This document shows, piece after piece, positions 52,970-64,000 of a stretch of 64,000 nt of DNA. The DNA is taken from assembly GCF_009914755.1 (NCBI RefSeq), contig NC_060926.1. One strand, 5' to 3'. Origin of the DNA: the human T2T-CHM13v2.0 reference genome, Homo sapiens. Both the position numbers and the translations under genes were made by a program. Position 1 is the first letter of the stretch; the number at the start of each line of letters is the position of its first letter. Below the pieces are notes generated by a model. It was not told the origin of the DNA and ran no database searches. It saw only the letters and a list, made by a program, of their open reading frames with translations.

Positions 52970-53372
52970 TGCCAGGACAGAAAGACAAATATTGCATGAT
53001 CTCACTTACATGTGAAATCTAAAATTTGAAGTCACAGAATTAGAGAGTAGAATGATGTTTACCAGAGATTGAGGGGAGTGGGACAGAGAGGGTACCAAGG
53101 GTACGAAGGGTACAAAGTTTCAGACAAACAGGAGGAATAAGTTTTACGATCTTTTGCAAAGCAGGGTGACTAGAGTCAATAACAATGGATTGCATATTTC
53201 ACAATTACTAAGAGAGTAAATGTCAAATGTCTCACCATGAAAAAATGATAAGTAAGCCAAGAGACGGATATGCTAGATGGCTTGATTTAATCATTCCACA
53301 TTGTTTATATATTTCAAAACATTACATTACATTGTATCCTATAAATGTATGTACTTACAATTTGTCAATAAA
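52970..53372 (+). mobile_element. L1MA (L1MA5/6-like) 3' end
   Basis: cagaaagacaaatattgcatgatctcacttacatgtgaaatct ... cttgatttaatcattccaca ... aataaa. Confidence 0.85.
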
Positions 53373-53899
53373 AGGGTACAGCGATCTCAAAGGCTTTGAG
53401 ATGCAGCCCAAATTACAGGACTGTGGTCCTAGAACAATCTTGGTTACTAGCATCTCCTTTCACTTCCCAAAATGGCCCTGTTTGAATGGCTAATTTCATG
53501 GGCACCCTATCTATACCCTGATTTCCATAGAACTTGCAGAGGTGAGCAACAGACACCCATTTGCTTATCAGCAGCGTCTCAAGCAAAGCCACGATGATAG
53601 ATTGGGGGGTATAGCTGCAGAAAACATAACAAAACAAAACAAAAAACTCCCTAGAAACTCTGTCACAGACAAAAAGCCCTCCTATGGTTTGAGCAGATAA
53701 GCTGTTATCATGTTAGTATAGCTTCATTCTAGCAGATAATATTTGTCCCTGTGTACGTTTTGTTTGTTTGTGTTCTTAACAGTTATCAGCTGTCTCACGT
53801 TTAGATTAGAAGCTTCTGGGAAACAGCTACCCATGTAGCATAATCAAGATGGTGCCAGTGATGAGCAGTGGGCATGTGTCTCGTTTTGTCCTTCACAAA

Positions 53900-54070
53900 G
53901 AATCTATGACAATTATTTAAACTGATTCTCAAAATTCTGTGAGTTATTTTAATTTTATAGGCAAAGAGACTGACGCCCAGTTTATGATTAAGCACTAGTT
54001 GACATGGCATTGATGGTGCTAGGACTAAATTCGGTCCTCTGAATATAAAGTTTAATCTCTCTCCACCAGA
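53900..54070 (-). mobile_element. MIR
   Basis: ttatttaaactgattctcaaaattctgtgagttattttaattttataggcaaagagactga. Confidence 0.55.
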
Positions 54071-55079
54071 CTACACCTCGCTGTTTTTGTTGATGAGAAT
54101 TATGGTTACAACGAACACCATGATAGCAATAGAATGGCATCAAAAAAACCTACTGAGCTGCACTGAGTGGCTTTTTACATTCTCTCAAGGTTTCTTCCCT
54201 TGCTGGCCCCTGATGCTCGCCCAGGTTCTTCTGCCAGTCACTTGATCCGGCCTGAAAAGGTCTTCCTTCACCAGCCTCATACCTCCCACTTGTAATTCAT
54301 GACCTCACCTCCTCCAAGAAGCCCTCACTGGTGCCTCATGTCCATGGGATGTCTCTTTCCCTGATTTCTTACTCCATTGACTTCTAGAAGCACTCACTTA
54401 GAAATTCAGTTGTTGACTGTTTTTATGTGACTGTTTCTTACCTCCCTAGTATCATTTAAACTCACTGTGAGCAGAGGATTGTGCCTGTTCTTTGCACATT
54501 ATGACCAGAACTCAGAGACTTGACACGCAGAGTAGACACAGGCAGAAAGTGTTTGACAGTGATTGAATCCTCTGGCTAAACTCAGGCAGTACTGTCTCCA
54601 ACTGTACAACTCATTCCCTCTAACCAAGATCAGGCTCCCTGATGGGCTATGCAAAGGAATAAGTCAGGCTCAGGGACCCAGCCACAACATAGGCGTTGCC
54701 CTTTGCCCTTTCTACTCCCTTCTACCACCGGGATCTAAAAGGCTTTTGCTCAGAGCAGAGAGAAGTAGGCAGGCCTGAACAGATCTCTGCATGGAAACCT
54801 CTTTTCCTGAGGCTGGAATGTGTTAATAACTGTGACAGTTTTTGAGTTCTGATGTGTTCAAGTCTCTAACCATCATGAGGGCTAAGCCTTCTTTCTGCCA
54901 CAGGCTGTGGTATCCATTCTTGTGGGGTTTCACATCAATCATGACAGGCCCTACCATTTCAAACCTATTAATTTAATTCATATTTCAAAGAATAGGAGGA
55001 ATCTCAGAGGGAGAGAAAGAGGCAGGGAACACCATTATTAAAATCTGTTACATCATTTAAAAACTATATATGTGAGTAT

Positions 55080-55468
55080 ATTCATATTTTAGAGGCTTTT
55101 CCCTGGATATTTTCTCTTCCTGGGATACTCGTCCCCAGAAATCCACATGGCTAAAGCCCTGTCTTCACAAGGAGTCCTATCTTTACCACTAGCCTTAAAA
55201 TCACTAGTGCCTCCATCCTGCTATCTCTCCCTGAGCTCTTTTTCTTTACCCTGCTCATTTTCTAAATATCTATAGACGTTTCTATAAAATGTCTTTATTT
55301 GTTCTACATATTAATTATTGTTTCTTCCTTTACTGATATGTAAAACTCTATGTGGGTTGGAATTTGGGGTTATTTTTGTTCACTGATGTATTGCAAACAC
55401 TTTGGGTAGTTCCAGGCACTTAGTAGGTACTCAATGAATTATTCTTCTATGAATAGAAAGAATGAATG
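55080..55468 (+). mobile_element. L2a 3' end
   Basis: tttgttcactgatgtatt...ccaggcacttagtaggtactcaatgaa...gaatgaatg. Confidence 0.8.
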
Positions 55469-55944
55469 ACTATTGCATCCCTACCAAACCTTGAGTATTT
55501 AAAGACTAGTTCACCTAGAGATAGTACAGTAAGAGCAGGTGTCAAGAGACCTCCAAGGGTACAGTACTACCTGGGAATAAGGAAGTCACTACAGATGATA
55601 TGGTCTTTAAGAACGGGTCTCAGAATCCTCTCTGCAGTATGGGACCCCATTGGGATATTTGCTGTTACAAGCTGTGAACCCAGCTGGGAGCATGCTACCA
55701 CTACCACTTTCTAAAGACCCAAGAGTTTGAGAAGTTAACCCTGAAAAATTGCATATCATACTCAGCTACCTCTCATGGACAGGAAATATGTGTCATGTTC
55801 CTTGCATTGGGTTCTACTTTAATGAGGAAAAATGCAAAAGGGCAACCATTGACCCTGACATCAAGGTATCTACAGACAGGACACAGGAGACAATAAAAGA
55901 ATAATGAGAAATAATGACATGGTAGGAAAAGTACACAGAACCTA

Positions 55945-56285
55945 CGCATTCACTCAATCTCTATTATGATTCAAGGTCAATTCTGGATATTGCAGATGTG
56001 ATGATGACAACATATGATTTCTGCCAAGGATCTAGGGAGGGCCTGTAGATGCATCACTACAAAGCAATGCTAAAAGATTTGTATCTAGAGAGTGCTATGG
56101 AATACAGAGATGATGGTGAATAAATTTTCCCACAAATGTAAGGAAAGCTACAGGGATAGAGTAACATTTTACTTGGGCCTCAAAGGATAAATAAGCATTT
56201 CTAAGAAGTGAAGGGCATTTCAGGAAAAAGAAATGGTGGAGGCAGTGTCCACATATTAGCATGACTTGCATTTGGGAAAGGCAAG
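55945..56285 (-). mobile_element. L2 fragment
   Basis: cattcactcaa start; agtgctatggaatacagaga; ttgggcctcaaaggataaataag. Confidence 0.6.
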
Positions 56286-56724
56286 ACCTCAAAGAGCCTT
56301 CTTTACTCACAGTGGCAGAGCATGTTTGTTCCTCTCGGTCGCTCTCCCCGGACATTGGACACTGCCTGCCTCACAGGACACACTCAAGGATAAATTTAGT
56401 AAATGCATGAAAGAATAAAAGCAATCAGGTCCTAGTCAGATCATCAATCAGGTATCTTAGCCCATGTCTTACTTTCAACAGAAGGGCTGATGTTTTTGAA
56501 GACCCACTCTGACAATCCATAGCTTTATGAATCTGTGCTCCGACTTTGCCAGTATTCCCCTCCACTTTGAAGGTGAAATGATTAGACCCTGCAATCAGGG
56601 GTCGCATCACTGCATCTGACCCTGGAGGGCTCGGCACAAGTTTGAGCATTTGAGCATGGGTTGATCCATCAGAAAATGATACAGAGGAAGGACTATGTGG
56701 AGAGGCATTAAGAGAGTCAGACAG

Positions 56725-56930
56725 ATTGCTCAAATCCTTCCCCTTCCAGCTACCAGTGTGTGGTCTTGCACAACTACTTAATATCACTATTAATCTATTT
56801 GTAATACGGGAATAAAAGAGTGTAAGTGCTGGTGTTGTTAAAGATTCAAATGGATAATACTATATGAATGCTTTGAACAGCACCTATTACTAAAATAGGC
56901 ACTTGGTAGTTAGATGTTGTTATTAAATTA
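56725..56930 (+). mobile_element. MIR
   Basis: ctcaaatcc...taccagtgtgtggtcttgcacaactacttaat...aaatggataatactatatgaatgctttgaacagcac. Confidence 0.65.
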
Positions 56931-57235
56931 TGACACTGATTTGATGCCTCCTTGCCTGTAATGCTGCTCTGACAGATGTCTCATCAGAGAGAAGTAGCTG
57001 TGGACCAGGAATCAGGAGGCCTCTGTCCCACCCCTGTAGCCGTCTCATCTAATGGAAATAACTCTGCCCTTTAGGCCTCAGCTTCTTAAGGGGGCTATCG
57101 TTAGGCTCAAATATAACTACAGGGATAAAAGACTGTTGCACACATTTTATAAGGCTGTGGGCTTTCAATTTTTTCTAGATTCCAAGATAGATGGCAGAGT
57201 GTTAATACAAGTTCCACAAAGGGCTTGTGCTTCTT

Positions 57236-57524
57236 CTTCTTTTTTGAGTCAGAGTCCCACTCTGTCACCCAGGCTGGAGTGCAGTGGCGCGATCTCAGCT
57301 TACTGCAATCTCTGCCTCCCAGGTTCAAGCGATTCTTCTGCCTCAGCCTCCCAATAGTTGGGACTACAGGTGCATGCCACCACGCCTGGCTGATTTTTGT
57401 ATTTTTAGTAGAGGTGGGGTTTCACCATATTGTCCGGGCTGGTCTCGAACTCCTGACCTCGTGATCCACCCACCTCAGCCTCCCAAAGTGCTGAGATTAC
57501 AGGTGTGAGCCACTGCGCCTGGCC
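57236..57524 (-). mobile_element. AluSg/Sc-type SINE
   Basis: Reverse Alu; 15-bp TSD gggcttgt(g/a)cttctt at 57221-57235 and 57525-57539. Confidence 0.97.
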
Positions 57525-60351
57525 GGGCTTGTACTTCTTTACAACTGGCTGAGGAACAGGACATAGAGAAAAATCCTGAACTCTGGACTAACAACCTGGT
57601 GATATGCCCAACAGAATATGTGTGGAGGCTTCATTGTCAGCCCCCCTGCTGTGGTTCAACTGCACTTTAGGCCAACTAGGCACAGGGAAAAGCAACCCTC
57701 TCTGCTCCTCACATGGCGCTAAATGCAGGAGAAACTTCCTCCCAGCAGCAAGCACAAAGTGATGGGAATGTGACAGTTAAAGTATCTGTCTTCCCCTCCA
57801 TTGAGGCACTTAACTTTTTGAACTATAATTGCAGGATTTACTTATCTGTGATTCCTGCCAGATCATGAGCTCAGTAAGGGCAGGGACTGCACATTATTTG
57901 TGTCTATATCCATAGCATCTTGCAAGGTACCTGGGACAATAAGTATTTGTTGAATATATAAGATAATACATAAATGAAAAGTAGTAATGTAGTAGTATCC
58001 ACAAGAACAAAATTGACTGCAGCATTTACTCAATGTCAGTCTGTGCAAACCTGTATTATTCTAATTGTTCTAATTAATCTTTGGTGCAAGACTATGAGGT
58101 GCATACAACTATCCCTGATTCAGGGATGGGAAAAGAAAGGTTCAGAAAGAGTAAGAAGCACCAACAAGTTTACACAGCCAGCCATCAGCAGAACCAAGAT
58201 TTACACTGACATCTGCATGAATCCAAAGCCCTGGTACATTCAGATGTAAGGTATTTAGTGTGTGAATGGACTAATTAGAGCCCCCACACCTAAAGAAAAC
58301 CTCAAACTGAGCTAAACTTGGAGGTCCACAATTTTCTCCTTTTCTACCTATTTTTTTAAAGTAAAGCACATATTGCTAAAATCTTTGAATTCCTAGTTTT
58401 TTCAGCACCATGTTTTTATCTGGTTTTATTGGCAAGTCCAGGAGGCAACAGTCGAAATACAACCATCATTGGCAACCACGTGCAGGAGGTCAGACTGTGT
58501 CCCTCTGAGGGGAAGGACAGGGGACTTTGAGCACTGAAAAGTCAGCACAGGTGCTTTGCTCTTTCAAAGACTTCTCTTCAAAAATCTGTTTAACTGAATC
58601 TTACTTTAGCATCACGTTGCAAATCAGAATTTAACTGGAGTTGTATGCAATGCTCTGCAAAGTCCACTCTGGTAAGAAGCCCGATTTTTATCCTAAAGCC
58701 AAAAATCATTCTTATCCTATTTGCTAACAGGACTATTAACTGGACACCATGCAAACAATGGGACTGTTTAAAGCAGCGATTTGTTTCTTAGGTGCCTGAT
58801 AATTGCCAACACTGGAAATTCTAGAATAAAGTAAAAATCTACTGACATGATGGACTAATTTAATCTTATGGCAATTAACTTGATTAATCCCAACTGAGAG
58901 GCTGGAGGAAGAAAGAACAAAATGATCAATTTTTAAAGAGCTTATCATAAAATAACTGATTTGGGACTATTTATTTGCATAGTCACATTATAATCTAAAA
59001 AGGTAATAAATGAAACAAGAATTATTATTTCTTGGGGTTATTGTTTCCATTATTGTTTTTATGTAGACTAAATATGGAGAAGGGATTGACAACATCTGGG
59101 AATTAAGACCCATAATGTTTCAAAGAATAGGAGCAGAGATGCAGCAGGGGCTCCAGGATAAAAGGACTAAGAAGGAACTCTCTCAGGGGAGATGGGAAGA
59201 AACAGGGCTGTGCTCAGAACTCTCACCTGCCCTGGGAGCTTGACTGCTGACCATTAAGGAAAAGGGGCTCTGCTTCATGGGCTATATCCAGGCTGCAGAA
59301 TATTAACTTCCCTGGGTCATGCCAATCAGTTGAATAAAATCTGGGTATTGAAGAGATGAAATGTCCAAAAGCCCTAAGCATCAAGACAGGTAAAGTGTCA
59401 ACAACCCTAATTAAGAGTATTACTGAAGCAGAGATAGCTAGAACCTAGGGAAAAACTGAATACTACAGGAGGCCTTGCAGGTAATGAGAAATAAACTCAA
59501 AGTAAGGGAAACACAAGTGGAGGCCTCAACAATGAGCAGAATCTGCACACCCACTACCCAGCCTGACACCATTTTGGACCTGAGGCCCAAGTTCAAGTTG
59601 GTGGCTGGCTATTGATTTATCAGGGATAAAAGCTGAGAAATAAAACACTGAACCTCACATAAGTGGCCCTGTTTCTCCTGAAGTTGATATTATAGTGGAG
59701 TACACAGAAAATACAAAATATATAGATAATTGCAGGTTGGGAGAAGTGACTCCTGACAGGTTAATTAGCCCTATTGCTTCTCTTCCCTCAGTATTTGAAA
59801 ATGTGGAGATAATAATGCCCACCTTGGCTAGATCCCAGTGTGGGGTGAGAATCAAATGGAAAAGCTCCTGAAATATGTTAACGATTCTATTAAAATAGAT
59901 GTTGCTTCATTGTTTTAAATTGCTTTGAATAGGATGTAAAAGATAATGGCAATTAAAATAATAGAAAAGACTCATGTAGATATTGGCTTGGAATGATGAA
60001 TGCTTTACAATGGTTGAGAGAGAGAGAGAGAAATATTCTGGAATCAAATGAAGAAATTAGGCATCCAAAAGGGTGAGAGATGACTCAGCTATTACCAGTG
60101 GCCAAATTTTAAAGTGGCATATGCTTCCTTCCACGGGAGAGCTGTCACTTTTGGAATCTTTGAGTCTCTCTGTGCCAGTGGGAAATGACTGAAGAAGGCA
60201 ATTTACTAGGTGGCCAAGCACCCAAGATTGGGAGCCAGTGTTACCAGGAAACAACCATAGATAGGCTTTCATTAGTCTCTGAGATATCAAGGTACACCAG
60301 AGAGCAGAGAAATGAAGAAGAGAAGGCAAGAAAGGATGCTCAGAGTAAGGG

Positions 60352-60363
60352 GTGTGTATGTGT

Positions 60364-60430
<67 letters not shown>
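60352..60430. repeat. Compound (TG)n(AG)n microsatellite
   Basis: Directly visible. Confidence 0.95.
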
Positions 60431-60435
<5 letters not shown>

Positions 60436-61939
60436 GAGAGAAAAATAGAGAAGAATAGGACCAGGACAAGGAATACCCATAAGAAAAGCTCTGTGGAACA
60501 GATGGTCACTGATAAAATGTTTAGTAGTGGGTAATAGAAATAACGGAGACACAGGAGACTACACAGGTTGGTTTTACATAGAAAATGCTTGGGAGATTAA
60601 AGGCCACACTTTTATAAATCACCCACAACAATCTTTGACCCAGAGTATGCACTGATCATATGCTAGTTTCATTTCCTTTTCCTCTTTACTACTGTGAGTA
60701 AATTGCAATCAGATGTCATCTCTTACATATCTGAATGTTTCACAAGATCTTCACCCCTGCCATACAAATGCTTGTTATTTTGGGAGAGTTTGTTGAGTTT
60801 CCATAGCCAAGCTTCCCTTCCAGGTAACAGAAGTCTAAAAGCCTGCGACATCTTGAGTAAAAAGAAGAAATGTAACTCCAAAACACCTCAGAAGACAGAA
60901 GATTGGAATGTAATGTTTTTGTATCCTGAAGGAAGAAGAAATGGAAGTTGAGGTGTTCTTGAAGGTTTTACTAAAGTAAGTGCAAATAACATTTGTTAAA
61001 ATGAGGTGATGGTGGTTATATGAATGTACACATATAAAAACATATCATGCTATTTACCTAAACTTTTTGCCCTTTACATACTTCACTCTGTGTAATGAAT
61101 AACTAATAAACATGTACTAGAAAGGATGCACTAGAAGGTCAACACCCTTTCTGGGTTTCACAAAATATACTGGGTTACTGCCACAGGCAGTCCATAGAAG
61201 AGCTGGACACATCTTAGGCTACATATGACTATCGCATGGACAAGACAGCGTTTGTCGGGAATGAGGGGGCCATCTAGGTATGAGCTAGTGTCACTAACGC
61301 AGAGTAGACCCAATGTTTGTGCACGGTTGACACCAAATACTCTGAGGGGAGGAGAGAGAAAATGACCATTCTTCCAGGTCTTACCACGGGCTTTTCAAGT
61401 TTCATCCTAACTCTATTTAACATTGATTGCAGTGCATGCAGAGGGGTAAATTTTCCCAAGGGAGTAATAAAGTGCCAGGAAGAATCAGGGAAGAGAATGT
61501 CCCTGGCAGAAAACACTTCTCCCCAACCTAGGATACTATGTGTTTCTTTTTTTATTTTTCTGATTTGACTGATTCCCAAGAGATTCTAATGGTGGTCTGA
61601 AGTTTCCTGTGTAGATTGTGGTCTACTCCAGACTGTTGGCTCCTGGTGTTACTGAGCAAAGCAAACTCTTTCCCCTGGAGTGGAATTCCTGTGTGACAGC
61701 TGTTCCCCACCTCAACTGCCTCCATTGCTCACCAGATGAGAAATATTGTTAAGTGAGGAAAACACAGAATGGAGGCTGGGAGTAGGAGTTTTAGTTCCTC
61801 CTCCATGCCCGTGCTCAACTCCCATTAGCAGTAATGGCTGTGGTATGAATAGGCCCCAGGAACACTCTAGTTTATTAAGAGGTAATGATATATACAGTTA
61901 GTGGTGGAGTAAAATGAAACAGCAGAATTGCTGTTTGTC

Positions 61940-62228
61940 AACCAGGTGTGGTGGCTCACGTCTGTAATCCTAGCACTTTGGGAGGCCAAGGTGGACCAAT
62001 CACCTGAGGTCAGGAGTTCGAGACCAGCCCAGCCAATATGGTGAAACCCCTACTCTACTGAAAATACAAAAATTAGCCAGGTGTGGTGGTGCATGCCTGT
62101 AATCCCAGCTACTCAGGAGGCTGAATCAGGAGAATTGCTTGAACCCGGGAGGTAGAGATTGCAGGGAGACACAATCATGCCACTGCACTCCAGCCTGGGC
62201 AACAGCGTGAGACTCCATCTCAGAAAAG
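61940..62228 (+). mobile_element. AluSx-type SINE with a very short tail
   Basis: 15-bp TSD gaattgctgtttgtc at 61925-61939 and 62229-62243. Confidence 0.96.
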
Positions 62229-63204
62229 GAATTGCTGTTTGTCTATAGGAACTCTTTCTTATCAGTGCATATAAATGCAAGTAAATGGTTAAAGAGATTA
62301 ATAACACATGGGTTGAGTGTGCCACACTATCTGGTTGACTAAAAGCCAACTTTTAAAGGAGAGCTATGGCTTTTTCCTACATTTGTGATAAGAATTTCCC
62401 GATCTTAGAACCACGATTCTACTGCTTAGTTTACAGAGTAGAATGCAACATTTTTGGCTCTTAAACAAATCTGGAAGGCAAACAGCAAAATGTGGTGAGC
62501 TAAGCATGTTTTCTCTCACCTCTACCTTCTCTACTAAGCAAAATAAGTTAATGAGTCAACTCATCTCTAGGCGGCATGTTATGTGCCAATTGCTGAAATC
62601 AAATGAGAAGCTCTTTCTAGTGCAGAACCCAGAGCTCATGTGAAAGTGTCAGATTTGATAAAGTAGATTTGTTCTAGAAGAAAACACTCCCTTTCTATTT
62701 TCTAGTATACATCTGTTTGCCAGAGTGCATTTCCCAGCTAATACCAGTTTGTCGACAGAATTTGCAATGAACTTTAATTGTGTGCTTTACCTGACAGTCT
62801 TAATTGTAATCTGACTTCCTTCAGGTAGCAATCAGCTGAGTGAAGTAATCATATCTCCCTGAAGGCCATAAACACAGCCACCTGCGCCTCTTCTGTTTTG
62901 TGTTCCTCTTTTTAACTCCAGTGTCACATGGAGAGGGGATACAGAGCCTGAAAAGGTACAGCACACTCAAAATAGCTGCTATTTTCCCATCATTACAGTG
63001 GTGCATAATTAAACACAGACAGAGTAACTGAGGACAAAAATAACCCTATCATTTTAAAATTGTAATAGTAAAGCTGTTGTATAAGCAGAGATTGCCTTTT
63101 TTAGTAGGGAAGAAATTGGTTCTAATTCATGCTCCTTTCTGCCTTTGTAGGTTTCTCTGGAAGGTCCTCTTGGTATGTGGTTTTCTGCCTGAATATTAGG
63201 AGGC

Positions 63205-63410
63205 TTCCCTTCATACATCACATCTGGAACCTCCACCCTGTCCCCTATTCTCTATTCCCACTGCTTACTTCCTTGATGCTCATTACCTCTCTCATAGATT
63301 CCTGAAAAGGATCATAGTTGGTCTCCATGTGTGCAATTTATCTCTGTCCAAACTATACCACTTGTGATACTTGAATAATCTTTCTAAAATGAAAATCATT
63401 TCAGGTCACA
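63205..63410 (+). mobile_element. L2 fragment
   Basis: cccctattctctattcccactgc...gctcattacctctctcatagatt...ataatctttctaaaatgaaaatc. Confidence 0.55.
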
Positions 63411-64000
63411 GATCCAGGCAGAAGCATTCAGTGAGCTGAGTTGCCCAGAAAGATGACACTGTAATTACCAGTTTACAAATTATCACCACTCTCTGCCCAA
63501 AACCCACAGAAATGAACAAAAAAACACAAAGGATCAAGAAAAACTTTGTCAGGGTGAAAACTAATAAATGGACCCAAACTGATACAAATATCAAGGACAA
63601 TAATTCCCATTTTTATAATTAAATGCATATGTAAAATATACACATTTTTAAAAGAGAACACTACCTAATTAGAATCATGAATTCATCTATGTGTATTATA
63701 AATTTTTAAATTAGATATTCATCTACAATTAACAGCATTTTACTGGTTCAATGTAATATAATTGCCTTCACAAGCAATTTACTTAGGCAGTTTCCTTTTT
63801 TCAACATTTGCTTTTTTCCAATGTTCAGAAACAGTAGAGATAACAATGTAGGATTAAAAGTTTTCAAGCATAATCAATTATTTCCTTGAGGGAAAAATTC
63901 CTTAAGGCAAGTAAAAGAATAGGCATATAGTTGAAATCAGTTATATCTTTTCACAAGCTGCTCTCAAGAAAAAAAAAATGCTTCGAGCAATATCAACCAG

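Noticed and set aside
60057-60552. Overlapping ORFs up to 150 aa
   Set aside because: Open only because of the (TG)n(AG)n microsatellite

Overview
Primate genomic DNA, probably human: eleven AluS-type elements plus eutherian L1, L2, MIR, MaLR/ERV and Tigger/hAT fossils. It is AT-rich and CpG-depleted, with no CpG island and no recognisable protein-coding exon, so it reads as intronic or intergenic. I cannot name the locus. The ORF track is noise except for decayed L1 ORF1/ORF2 peptides, Alu-derived frames and a hAT (Charlie) transposase remnant. The best signals are structural: (1) several short local templated duplications and fold-back inversions, including an L2-derived hairpin of pre-miRNA size at a duplication junction; (2) an L1MA with a probable ~90-nt 3' transduction inside its TSD; (3) a twin-primed L1PB; (4) a bipartite CTCF site and several enhancer-like motif clusters; (5) a few plus-strand exon-like segments. 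I found no convincing novel coding system. Subfamily calls come from recalled consensus sequences, and repeat boundaries without a TSD or TIR are approximate.
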